DNA from: Myxococcota bacterium
Lineage (GTDB): Bacteria; Myxococcota; XYA12-FULL-58-9; JABJBS01
Direction of reading: 5' to 3'
DNA length: 42,012 nt
Assembly: GCA_036339465.1 (NCBI GenBank)
Contig: JAYZAY010000038.1
Location: forward strand, 1-42,012
Each line of letters opens with the position of its first letter. Position 1 is the first letter of the stretch. Below the pieces are notes generated by a model. That model worked only from the letters and a program-made list of their open reading frames with translations, did no database searches and was not told the origin of the DNA. The translations under genes were made by a program, and so were the position numbers. Below are positions 10,079 to 19,288 of this stretch, piece by piece.

Positions 10079-10120
10079 ATGACATCGATGTCATGGGTGT
10101 GCGCGACATCACATGTCACA
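10079..10120. promoter_or_regulatory. tandem palindromes, putative enhancer (UAS) for a sigma54 activator
   Basis: ATGACATCGATGTCAT (10079-10094, perfect 16-bp palindrome) and GACATcacATGTC (10105-10117), about 50-85 bp upstream of a -24/-12 element. Confidence 0.55.
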
Positions 10121-10163
10121 AACATAAATCCTATGTTATTTCAGTAACTTAAAAAATCCATCT

Positions 10164-10180
10164 TTGGCCCAATCCTTGCT
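10164..10180 (+). promoter_or_regulatory. sigma54 (RpoN) -24/-12 promoter
   Basis: TTGGCCCAATCCTTGCT fits GG-N10-GC and is close to TGGCAC-N5-TTGCW. An AT-rich IHF-like site ATGTTATTTCAGTAACTT lies at 10133-10150. Confidence 0.65.
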
Positions 10181-10191
10181 TTAATAAAAGC

Positions 10192-10386
10192 ATGAAGCAA
10201 AGAAGCTGGATTTACACACTTTGGTTGGGCGTCGCATTCTGCATGGGCGTCGCAGGCAGTCAGTACGTAAGAGAAAAGCCACCTAACTCCCATCGGATAG
10301 AAAGACCCCACATCACCAGCCCCACACCAAATGATAAGCCTCGTAAGCGCCCCCTGCGCTACCTCAAGAAATACTCAATAGGTTAA
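10192..10386 (+). CDS. small hypothetical membrane/exported protein (64 aa)
   Basis: N-terminal basic residues and a hydrophobic helix (WIYTLWLGVAFCMGVAG). It lies directly under a sigma54 promoter and has no SD sequence. Confidence 0.5.
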   Translation: MKQRSWIYTLWLGVAFCMGVAGSQYVREKPPNSHRIERPHITSPTPNDKPRKRPLRYLKKYSIG

Positions 10387-10667
10387 CTAGGCTCAATCTC
10401 TCCGGGCACCAGTCAAAACATACTCGAATAACAGCCCAAAACACACAACAAGCTTGCTTGCTGGTTTCCACAAAACACGCAGAACGACCCAGTGCGCTAA
10501 CGGAAAATAATCCTTAATTAAATCATTCGAAGCTTGAAAGCTGAGCAATTCCAATCAAAGAGGAACCCTCAGCTCCCGCTTTAATTCATTTTACATATGT
10601 CGAAAATGAGCCTAATGCAGACGCTCCTGAAAGAGCGGATCAAAATATCCCCACATTATCCCAAAGG

Positions 10668-12248
10668 TTAGTCGCCGGTCTGATTGTCGGTTTGATTGTC
10701 ACCCGCGCCTAAGCCGCAGTTGGTATTAAACTCAGATGTTGATGCTGGCGCAACGCCACATGTTGCCAACATAGAAAAACAATACTTGGGAGCAGAAGCA
10801 GTCGCATCAGCGGCTCGCGTCATGGAGCCTTCGTCATAGAGACATTGGTCACCTCCCCCTTCGTCACAATCCGAGTTATCAAAACAGGTTTTAAAGCAAT
10901 ACCCCGTATTTCCGCCGCTCCCCTCAAGCAGAACACAGTCATAACCTTCATCACATAACGAAGGATTCACAGTACATTCAACAGATTTATTATCACTGCC
11001 TCTTTGAGTCGCCTCAGTGTATGGCCAAACATTACAGGTTTGGCCGGCTCCGCAATCAAGGGTCTTATAACATCCGTAGCTATCGGAGGTTTCGTCATCC
11101 AAGATACCGTCATCGCAAAATGCAACACAGTTACTGTATGTGTATTCGGGGTCAACACTGCGCCAGTCAAAGCAATACGCATCAGCAACGAGCACCTCGT
11201 CAGTTGTGTCTGAATCACGAATGGGTGCACAAGTTTCACCATTCGTCACGGCAACGCTGTCAGAAGAACACTTATCAATTCCAACTCCTAGACTCACAAA
11301 GCAACTAAAGAAAGATGCCCGGTCAAACGAGGCACAGAGGGGAAGATTTGCCTCCCCACTACAAAGCGTTTCTGGCAGGAAGCAATATTTTTCACCGTTC
11401 TCAGTGGTAATCGTCAGTTGCGCACACCGAAGATATTCCTGAAAATAAGCCTCCTGTTCAGCACTGATACTATTCCCAACGGCCTCCCCACGGTCCTTTA
11501 ATTCCTCGATACAATCCTCGGATGTTTCACATGTAAGATATTGATAACTAGAACCCGTGGAAGGTCCAAAAACATTGCCTCGGGCACCAGACTCACAAAG
11601 ACCGGTACCGCAATTTTCATCGTCCACACAAAGTTTCTTACAGGCAAAAGAGCCCCCACCCATTGGGTAGCAGCCAATTCCACCTTCGGATCCCGCACAT
11701 GCTTTTCCGTTATTGATACATGCTTTGTGTTCGGATTCTGAAGCATCCATACAGTAATAAGACCCCTCCAAAGAACCAGTGCCATTGATGTTTTGACAAA
11801 TTTTCCCTGTTGCGCAGGTGGTCTCTTCCTCGCCGCTGCAAGCCTTGAGACAGGTTTGGAACTTACATTCTAAACCCTCATCACATACTCTCAATGCAGA
11901 ACAAGACAAACCTTCGGGCACCGGTCCAGAGGGAGTCGTGTCAACTCCATCACCACCTGAGTCTGGCATTCCCACCCTGCAATCCGAAGTGTCGAGGGTG
12001 CATTGTTCGGTGCAGCTGACTACCCCTGAAACAAAGGTTTCTCCGATGACACTCGAACGATACTGGGAGCAATCGAAAACCGGTACACCACCGTCAAGCT
12101 TGATCGCTCCATTGCAGTCGTTACCGCATTGGCTAGGAATTTCTCTCGGATTATTTTCGCCATCGCCCCCACCATCACTCCCACCATCACTCCCACCGCA
12201 ACCAGCCAAAAAGCCAACCACAACTAGAATCGTTCCAAACTTGTTCAC
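10668..12248 (-). CDS. Cys-rich acidic lipoprotein of unknown function
   Basis: AGGAG RBS; lipobox FLAGC followed by a GGSDGGSDGGGDG linker; many Cys in short disulfide-type modules. Confidence 0.75.
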   Translation of the reverse strand: MNKFGTILVVVGFLAGCGGSDGGSDGGGDGENNPREIPSQCGNDCNGAIKLDGGVPVFDCSQYRSSVIGETFVSGVVSCTEQCTLDTSDCRVGMPDSGGDGVDTTPSGPVPEGLSCSALRVCDEGLECKFQTCLKACSGEEETTCATGKICQNINGTGSLEGSYYCMDASESEHKACINNGKACAGSEGGIGCYPMGGGSFACKKLCVDDENCGTGLCESGARGNVFGPSTGSSYQYLTCETSEDCIEELKDRGEAVGNSISAEQEAYFQEYLRCAQLTITTENGEKYCFLPETLCSGEANLPLCASFDRASFFSCFVSLGVGIDKCSSDSVAVTNGETCAPIRDSDTTDEVLVADAYCFDWRSVDPEYTYSNCVAFCDDGILDDETSDSYGCYKTLDCGAGQTCNVWPYTEATQRGSDNKSVECTVNPSLCDEGYDCVLLEGSGGNTGYCFKTCFDNSDCDEGGGDQCLYDEGSMTRAADATASAPKYCFSMLATCGVAPASTSEFNTNCGLGAGDNQTDNQTGD

Positions 12249-12419
12249 GTTCTTCTCCTAATTATATTTGCCGAGTTCTTTAACTGTCGACTGGATTTCA
12301 CATGGGTCACAGCTAAGTAGCAACTTGAAATATAATGAGCAAGTTACCAAGTGGGGAGACGCAATAACTGAAAGGTCAGATTTACGACTGCCAATACGTG
12401 TGTTACCCAAAGCCCCACC

Positions 12420-13685
12420 ATGGTAAATCCGGCAGCGACATATCCACGAACACCTCGAGAGCAACAACCATTTGCGCCCGAATTGTGGGCAGCCGATATC
12501 CTACAAGAGAATTCCAACATTGCTATTTTGGCTGGCAACGCTTCGGGTTGCCCTTCGAATCAGAAAGGGATTGTTGCCCTTCCCGACAAAGTCAAGGAAT
12601 ATCACCAACAACCCTCTCAATCCGAATTGGAAAAAAGTCTAGAGCCGGGTCCAGGAGTCAAGATATTCCTGGCGAGTTATGAACTGGGTTACCCGCTCGT
12701 TAATCTTTCTTCACGGCCCACTGCCAACGGCCAGCCTATATTCACAACCATGGAAGCTCAAAGTTGGCTGGAAATAGACCATGCGGACTCTTCGGTGTCT
12801 CCCCATGGAGACCCTGCCAATGCATTGCTGGAAAAAATGCTCAAGATGACACCGCCCACCCCACAAGCAGGCCCGCGACTCCTCCTAAACCCGGCCGAAC
12901 CCGACCAAGTACACGCCGCCCGAATCGAGAAAATTCAGACGCATATTGCATGCGGAGATATTTACCAGGCCAACCTAACTCGAAGATTCAATGTGGGACA
13001 TGCCCTGAGCAGCATTGATACCTTCAAAAGCCTAAGCAACATTAATCCAGTAAGTCATGGCGCATGGATCCGAATCGGAGATTTTGAGATCATTTCCAAC
13101 ACAATGGAAACGCTTTTCACTTATAACGCACCGGAGAGAAAACTCCGTAGCTACCCCATCAAAGGCACCAGACGCCGAATCGACAGGGTTAGCGAAGATA
13201 AATGGTTGCTGAAAAACGACGAAAAAGAGCGAGCTGAGCACATCATGATTGTCGACTTAGTGAGAAACGACCTCGGCCGAGTGTGCCTCCCGGGGACGGT
13301 TAAAGTACCGCACCTCATGGAGATTCACGGTTATAACGGTGTTTGGCACGGAATATCTACGGTAGAGGGAACCTTAGAAACCACAATTCCAGTGGGCCGT
13401 GCTTTTTCGTCCCTTTTCCCTGGAGGCTCAATCACAGGAGCACCAAAACGAAGGGCCATGGAAATTATCCAAGCATTGGAATCCGAACCCCGCGGCGTCT
13501 ACACAGGCACCCTGGGTGTGGTTTATCCAGATGGCTCAATTTCCACCTCCATTTTAATCCGTAGTTTGGTTCACGATCAGCAAGGCTGGCACCTCGGCGT
13601 TGGGGGTGGAATCGTGGCTGATAGTCGGGCCAGCCGTGAATTAGAAGAAATCACCGAAAAATATAAAGTGTTTACACTCAAGTAG
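12420..13685 (+). CDS. pabB: aminodeoxychorismate synthase component I (chorismate-binding MST family)
   Basis: GDIYQANL, the PabB-diagnostic PIKGT, KERAEHIMIVDLVRNDLGRVC, FPGGSITGAPK, RGVYTG, GGGIVADS. Confidence 0.85.
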   Translation: MVNPAATYPRTPREQQPFAPELWAADILQENSNIAILAGNASGCPSNQKGIVALPDKVKEYHQQPSQSELEKSLEPGPGVKIFLASYELGYPLVNLSSRPTANGQPIFTTMEAQSWLEIDHADSSVSPHGDPANALLEKMLKMTPPTPQAGPRLLLNPAEPDQVHAARIEKIQTHIACGDIYQANLTRRFNVGHALSSIDTFKSLSNINPVSHGAWIRIGDFEIISNTMETLFTYNAPERKLRSYPIKGTRRRIDRVSEDKWLLKNDEKERAEHIMIVDLVRNDLGRVCLPGTVKVPHLMEIHGYNGVWHGISTVEGTLETTIPVGRAFSSLFPGGSITGAPKRRAMEIIQALESEPRGVYTGTLGVVYPDGSISTSILIRSLVHDQQGWHLGVGGGIVADSRASRELEEITEKYKVFTLK

Positions 13686-13709
13686 AAGGATTACAGGGAC
13701 CAACAGCCA

Positions 13710-14654
13710 CTAGCGTGCGCTCGCAACGTAAGCTGTATGGCGCTCAGTCTGCTCTACCATTCTATCGAAATCACAACGCTTCATCGTTCCCCACGCAAAC
13801 GCGTCGATATTGGCTTTCATGGCCTTGAGAATCTCCGCATTAAGGGCATGGCCTGGACGATGTAGCTTTACGTGACCCACAATCGAAGCACCAAAAAGAC
13901 TTAGGTCACCGATAGCATCCAGAATCTTATGTCGAACAAATTCATCCGGAAACCTCAGACCGCCCCTATTCATAACCTCTGAATCATCAATAACAATGGC
14001 GTTATCTAAGGAGCCGCCAAGGGCTAATCCCGCCGACCGAAGCTTGTCTACCTCCGACCTAAAGCCGAAGGTCCGTGCTGCTGATAAATCTCGGCAATAT
14101 CCCAATCGAGAACCATCAAAGCCGAAAGGACGGTTAGAAATCAACGGATGATTAAAATCGATGGTACAGGTCATGCGAAAACCATCATACGGCTCAATTC
14201 GCACCCATTTATCCTGCTCACGAACTTCTATGGGCTTACAGATAAAGGCAAACTTCTTCGGATAATCGTGCTCAATAAGCCCGGCATCCAAAAGACCCTC
14301 CACAAAAAGATGGGCGCTACCATCCATAATGGGAATTTCCGGGCCATCTACCTTGATAAGGGCATTATCAATCCCAAGGCCCGCGAGCGCAGACAAAAGG
14401 TGCTCGACCGTACCCACTGTAACCCGACTACCATTCACCCCGGCACCGAGGGTCGTCGCCAAAGTGGAATCTACAACATTTTCGATATCTGCAAGGATAG
14501 GCTGGGAATGAGGTCGATCAACCCGTTGAAAGATGATCCCCGAATTTGGCGCGCCCGCCTCAATCGTAACTTCGATATCGGCCCCGGAATGAAGACCAAC
14601 ACCTTTGAAGAAAGACCGTCGCTTTACTGTGGTTTGCCCTATTACCATACGCAT
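13710..14654 (-). CDS. lpxC: UDP-3-O-acyl-N-acetylglucosamine deacetylase
   Basis: QTT, GVGLHSG, TVEHLLSAL, EIPIMDGSA, ARTFGF, GGSLDNAIV, EFVRHKILDAIGDL, GHALN. Confidence 0.97.
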   Translation of the reverse strand: MRMVIGQTTVKRRSFFKGVGLHSGADIEVTIEAGAPNSGIIFQRVDRPHSQPILADIENVVDSTLATTLGAGVNGSRVTVGTVEHLLSALAGLGIDNALIKVDGPEIPIMDGSAHLFVEGLLDAGLIEHDYPKKFAFICKPIEVREQDKWVRIEPYDGFRMTCTIDFNHPLISNRPFGFDGSRLGYCRDLSAARTFGFRSEVDKLRSAGLALGGSLDNAIVIDDSEVMNRGGLRFPDEFVRHKILDAIGDLSLFGASIVGHVKLHRPGHALNAEILKAMKANIDAFAWGTMKRCDFDRMVEQTERHTAYVASAR

Positions 14655-14679
14655 TATCTACTAAGTATATAGTGTTCGT

Positions 14680-14721
14680 GCCGTTGTAGCCGTTGTAGCC
14701 GTTGTAGCCGTTGTAGCCGTT
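14680..14721. repeat. 9-bp tandem repeat (GCCGTTGTA) x4 plus a partial copy, in the lpxC leader
   Basis: Read directly: units start at 14680, 14689, 14698 and 14707, then GCCGTT at 14716-14721. Confidence 0.95.
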
Positions 14722-14726
14722 CCATT

Positions 14727-14743
14727 AGCAGGATCCATGCCAA
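14727..14743 (-). promoter_or_regulatory. sigma54 -24/-12 promoter of lpxC
   Basis: Minus strand TTGGCATGGATCCTGCT fits GG-N10-GC. IHF-like site at 14765-14782; palindrome GACATttATGTC at 14830-14841. Confidence 0.7.
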
Positions 14744-14976
14744 GTTCATAAAATTCAAAAGAAACTGATATTTCAGGTACTTCTCAATAAAAGAAACTTG
14801 ATCTCTTACCTCATAGCGCCATTGAGTACGACATTTATGTCACACGTCCTACATACTCTTCTGACACAGTGCATAATGGTTTGTGGGACATACGCCTAGC
14901 TCTTAACAAGTTTTTGCAAAATAAGGCAAATAGAAACGGGTATCTCAAGTAATCTTCGTCACAAAACGTACACATT

Positions 14977-15984
14977 CTAGGACGCCGCTGAAGATGCCGG
15001 CTGGGCCAATTTCAAATAACTGTAACATGCTGCAGTCCCCATTCGACCCCTGGGAGTTCGTTGGACAAAGCCCAGCTGAATAAGAAAGGGCTCACAAACA
15101 TGTTCAATGGTATCCTTTTCCTCACCCAGCGCGGCCGCCAGAGTCTCCAATCCCACTGGACCTCCATCAAATTTGTGTACCAAGGTCTCAAGAAAACGGC
15201 GATCCAGCTGATCGAAGCCCATTTCATCAATCTGTAACCGGCTTAACCCAAATCGTGCAATATCGAGTCCGATGGCTCCAGAACCCTCGACTTCCGCGAA
15301 GTCTCGAATTCGTCGCAAAATCCGGTTTGCGATCCTCGGGGTCCCACGGGAGCGACTGGCAATCTCGGCCGCACCGTCATCACTGCACGCAATACCCAAG
15401 ATACCCGCCGAGCGAATCACGACGCGTTTTAGCTCCGCAGGATCGTAGTATTCCATGCGGCCCGTGTATCCAAACCGATCACGCATGGGCCCCGTAAGGA
15501 GCCCACTTCGCGTCGTTGCCCCCACCAAAGTAAAAGGAGGTAAAGGCATTTCAATAGTGCGAGCATGGGGTCCTTCCCCTAAAACGATATCAAACTTGAA
15601 ATCCTCCATGGCGGGATAGAGGTTTTCCTCCACCACTGGAGAAAGACGATGGATTTCATCAATAAATAAAACATCCCGCTCTTTGAGATGAGAAAGGATG
15701 CCCGCCAAGTCTTTCCGTTCAATCGCCGGACCACTGGTCACATGGATATCCACCTCCAGTTCATTGGCCAATAAATGTGCAAGTGTCGTCTTTCCCAGTC
15801 CTGGGGGACCTGAGAACAGAATGTGGTCAAGTGCTTCAGACCTTTCTTTCGCCGCTAAAACGAATACTTTCAAATTTTCGACCAAATCACTTTGGCCAAT
15901 CAGGTCTTTAAATGACTGTGGGCGTAAAGAATTTTCATGGCGATTCTCACCCAATCGAAGCGCTGGTTCAACTAATCTATCCAT
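14977..15984 (-). CDS. ruvB: Holliday junction branch migration helicase RuvB
   Basis: [73 protein letters not shown]. Confidence 0.98.
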   Translation of the reverse strand: MDRLVEPALRLGENRHENSLRPQSFKDLIGQSDLVENLKVFVLAAKERSEALDHILFSGPPGLGKTTLAHLLANELEVDIHVTSGPAIERKDLAGILSHLKERDVLFIDEIHRLSPVVEENLYPAMEDFKFDIVLGEGPHARTIEMPLPPFTLVGATTRSGLLTGPMRDRFGYTGRMEYYDPAELKRVVIRSAGILGIACSDDGAAEIASRSRGTPRIANRILRRIRDFAEVEGSGAIGLDIARFGLSRLQIDEMGFDQLDRRFLETLVHKFDGGPVGLETLAAALGEEKDTIEHVCEPFLIQLGFVQRTPRGRMGTAACYSYLKLAQPASSAAS

Positions 15985-16078
15985 GCGTTGGCATTCTCCA
16001 ACATCCTCACAACAACAACGTTTTGAGGCGCAACCCTAATTGGTGATCAACTCCAAAAACTGATACATCAACAATTAC

Positions 16079-18970
16079 ATGAAGTCGACAACTCGGTCTT
16101 TGTTTCTCCAGTTGCTAAGAATCGAACCGGAAGAAACAAAGCAAACTTTCTTATCGTTTGTTTATCTTTTTACATCAGTTGGTGCATTCATCATCTCCAG
16201 AATCACCCGCGATGTTCTGTTTCTTGAATTACCCAATTACAAAGAGCAACTTCCACTTACATACGTTGCGGTTGCTGCCACCGTTTCGACCATCATGCTT
16301 ATCTACTCGAAACACGAACGGCGCTTTCGTAGGGATCAGACAAATTTAGCCACGCTCATCTTACTAACCATAGTCACTCTGATATTTCGGTATGCCTTGG
16401 AATACCAAGAACCATGGGTATACGTCTCATTCTATATCTGGGTGGAAATTTTCGGTGCCTTTCTTATTGTTCAATTTTGGTCATTTACCAGCGAGATATA
16501 TCACACCCGCCAGGCTAAAAGGCTCTTCGCCATCATTGGGGGTGGGGGCGTATTGGCCAACATTGTATTTGGCTTGATTGTAAGGGGCTACGTCAAAACC
16601 ATTGGAACACAAAATCTACTCTTTGTGATAGTCTTTTGTTTGTTGGTGAGCGCCTGGGCCACCAGACAACTCTCCAAAGTCGCCCGAACAGAACTGATTA
16701 ACGCATACCATCGACACCCCAAAAAAAGCCAAGGTTCCACGGAGCCATCAACAAAACCACTACAAACCAAACACGTGAAGCTCCTCGCTGCAATGATTGC
16801 TCTCACCTACATGGTATCAACCTTCGTCGATTACCAATTTAAGGTGATTATCGGTGACAGTATTTCTCAAATGGATGAGCGAACCGCCTACCTTGGCAAC
16901 TTCTTTCTCTATACCGGGATCATCGCGGCCTTGATTCAATTCACGACAACTTCTCGACTTCTTGAACGCTTCGGAGTCCTTCCTGCGCTTTTATTGCTTC
17001 CATTTGCCTTATTTCTGGGCAGCAGCGTACTTCAACTGTCATTGGGGTTTACCCTCTTGTGGCTTGCAACAGCCATCAAAGGCGCAGAAAACGTCCTTCG
17101 ATACACAATTACTGACTCCACAGTTCAACTGCTCTACATACCACTCCCTGCCCATGTCCGGGGAAGAGCCAAAGCAGTTATCGATGGCACGGTCAAGCAC
17201 ACCGCCATTGCTTTAACCGGGCTTTGTCTGGCTTTCCTCGTAGGCTCACTTCAAAAATTCACACTTCTTAGCGGAGGCCCCCAACTATCAGCGCATCAAC
17301 TCGGAGGAATAACCTGCGGACTTACCATACTATGGGCTATCGTCATCGTTTTCTTAAAACAGGAATACGTTGCAAGCCTCATGAAAACACTGAAGCGAAG
17401 GAGACTAAATTTCGGTACTGGATCAATGCCCATCGCAGACGAAAGCGCAATAAGAGTCCTGCACAAAGCCTTGGCTTCCGATACACTAGGCGAAGTATTT
17501 CACGCGCTGGAATTGCTACCCGCATTACAACCTAAGACACAAAAAGCACTGCAAGCATGCGTCTACAACTTATTTACTCACCGTTCACCGGAAATTCGTT
17601 CTGCCGCAATTAATTATCTAAACAACCGTCTCAAAATAACCAACGATTATCTCGTCCCCCTACTTGAAGACCCAAACCCACAGGTTAGATGCGCCGCTCT
17701 ACAAGCCTATAGCCACACCGGAGGCTCAGCAGTTCTCGAAGATATAAAGAGTTATTTATCTGACAGCGACAAATATGTGCGCGCCCACGCAGTCGTTGCT
17801 CTCATGAAAGACTGTGGCCTCGATGGCGTCTTGGAAGCAGCTCCCGAACTCAAGAAAATGCTTAGTAGCCCTTCCCAAAAAACGCGCTCCCTCGCCGCTT
17901 GGGTACTCGGAGAAATCAACGTCCAGCAATTCTACCAACCACTCAAAAAATTATTGCAAGATCCTTCCGAGAAAGTCCAAACTCAAGCATTGATCGCCGT
18001 CGGTAAGCTCAATGCTACGGAATTGCTAACAAATACCCTACCATGTCTCGAAAATCCGCGTTTGCGAAGTACAACGGTACGCGCCCTTATTAATATGGGG
18101 GAATCCATCGAAACCGAGCTTTTCGAAATCCTAGAAAATTTAACCAACCCCCCATCAATCCGAGCAGGAATCGTTCAAATACTCGAAAAAGGCGCCAGCC
18201 ATACTGCCATCGAAATGATCGAAGACCACCTACCCGATCCCGAAACCATCGTCAGAGTTGCCGCGGTCCGTAGTTTATTAAACCTAAAACGGCAATTTCC
18301 TTCCCGGCAAATATCATCCGAAATTCTCGCCCACAGCATCAGCCATGAAGCAAAATTGTGGTATCGTTTTGAAACATGGAAAAAGACACTGAAAAACACA
18401 CCTGAAGCGGAGCTTTTAATAAACTCCTTTGAAGACCGCCAAAAAAATAATCAGGAACACATTTCTCAGCTATTGGCCCTTCATTATTCATACGAAACAA
18501 TGGAAATTATCTCCCGAAATTTGCGAACTGAGCACACGGCGACCTATTCCAATGCACTTGAGCTCTTGGATAACTTGTTGAATAAATCCGAGAAAGAAAT
18601 CCTGATGCCTATATTTGATAACAAAACACCTGAAAACGAAAAATTGGGTGTCGCTGCCAGCAAATATGGCTTATTGAGCCCACCACTCAATGAAGTGTTG
18701 CTCACGCTTCTCAAAGGTGAGGATAACTGGCTGGCATCTTGCGCCACCTACTCAATTGGGCAAATGCGGCAAGAAAATCATGCCCAAGAAATCGTCGCTC
18801 TTCTGGATCGTCAAAGCGAAATCTGTCAAGAGACAGCCATTTGGTACCTCCAAGAGCTAAATATGACGGATCAAGCCCAAGAACGGATTCAAGAACTAAC
18901 CTGCGCAAACTCAGCAATCGTGTGCTCTAGGGCAACAATCGCCATCGAAGAATACGCGAAGTCTAACTGA
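16079..18970 (+). CDS. Npt1/Npt2 (TLC ATP/ADP carrier-like, MFS) membrane domain fused to HEAT repeats
   Basis: RDVLFL, FYIWVEIFG, QFWSFTSEIYHTRQAKRLFAIIGGGG, STFVDYQFK, LLYIPLP..RGRAKAVID. HEAT repeats follow (LLEDPNPQVRCAAL, YLSDSDKYVRAHAV, LLQDPSEKVQTQAL). Confidence 0.85.
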   Translation: MKSTTRSLFLQLLRIEPEETKQTFLSFVYLFTSVGAFIISRITRDVLFLELPNYKEQLPLTYVAVAATVSTIMLIYSKHERRFRRDQTNLATLILLTIVTLIFRYALEYQEPWVYVSFYIWVEIFGAFLIVQFWSFTSEIYHTRQAKRLFAIIGGGGVLANIVFGLIVRGYVKTIGTQNLLFVIVFCLLVSAWATRQLSKVARTELINAYHRHPKKSQGSTEPSTKPLQTKHVKLLAAMIALTYMVSTFVDYQFKVIIGDSISQMDERTAYLGNFFLYTGIIAALIQFTTTSRLLERFGVLPALLLLPFALFLGSSVLQLSLGFTLLWLATAIKGAENVLRYTITDSTVQLLYIPLPAHVRGRAKAVIDGTVKHTAIALTGLCLAFLVGSLQKFTLLSGGPQLSAHQLGGITCGLTILWAIVIVFLKQEYVASLMKTLKRRRLNFGTGSMPIADESAIRVLHKALASDTLGEVFHALELLPALQPKTQKALQACVYNLFTHRSPEIRSAAINYLNNRLKITNDYLVPLLEDPNPQVRCAALQAYSHTGGSAVLEDIKSYLSDSDKYVRAHAVVALMKDCGLDGVLEAAPELKKMLSSPSQKTRSLAAWVLGEINVQQFYQPLKKLLQDPSEKVQTQALIAVGKLNATELLTNTLPCLENPRLRSTTVRALINMGESIETELFEILENLTNPPSIRAGIVQILEKGASHTAIEMIEDHLPDPETIVRVAAVRSLLNLKRQFPSRQISSEILAHSISHEAKLWYRFETWKKTLKNTPEAELLINSFEDRQKNNQEHISQLLALHYSYETMEIISRNLRTEHTATYSNALELLDNLLNKSEKEILMPIFDNKTPENEKLGVAASKYGLLSPPLNEVLLTLLKGEDNWLASCATYSIGQMRQENHAQEIVALLDRQSEICQETAIWYLQELNMTDQAQERIQELTCANSAIVCSRATIAIEEYAKSN

Positions 18971-19286
18971 CATCCTTCACAAAGAGCTTCGTTAAGGCCA
19001 CCTTCGACGCCTCTGTCAATTGAATAAAAACAACCCCCATCCCAATGTTCTCTCCCTCTTGCAGACGAACAACCCTCCCCCTTCCCTCAATTAAAACAAT
19101 CTCTTCGGCCAATATCGTAAACTTTAAATCCACTTCCGTATCGAGGGGAAAGACTTCTTCAGTTCGAATAAAAACTCCACCGACTGATATATTAAGGGCA
19201 TATTCGTATAGAAAATCCCGAACACTCTCAAATTCGTGGTTAATCACTTCACGGGAATGTTGGCGCCGCTCACTTTTCTCTTTCAT
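18963..19286 (-). CDS. single-domain PilZ protein (myxobacterial TIGR02266-like)
   Basis: Intact c-di-GMP motifs RQHSR (RxxxR) and NISVGG (D/NxSxxG), plus GRVVR and GMGVVF. ATG at 19286 preferred over the track's 19292. Confidence 0.85.
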   Translation of the reverse strand: MKEKSERRQHSREVINHEFESVRDFLYEYALNISVGGVFIRTEEVFPLDTEVDLKFTILAEEIVLIEGRGRVVRLQEGENIGMGVVFIQLTEASKVALTKLFVKDVS

Positions 19287-19288
19287 GC

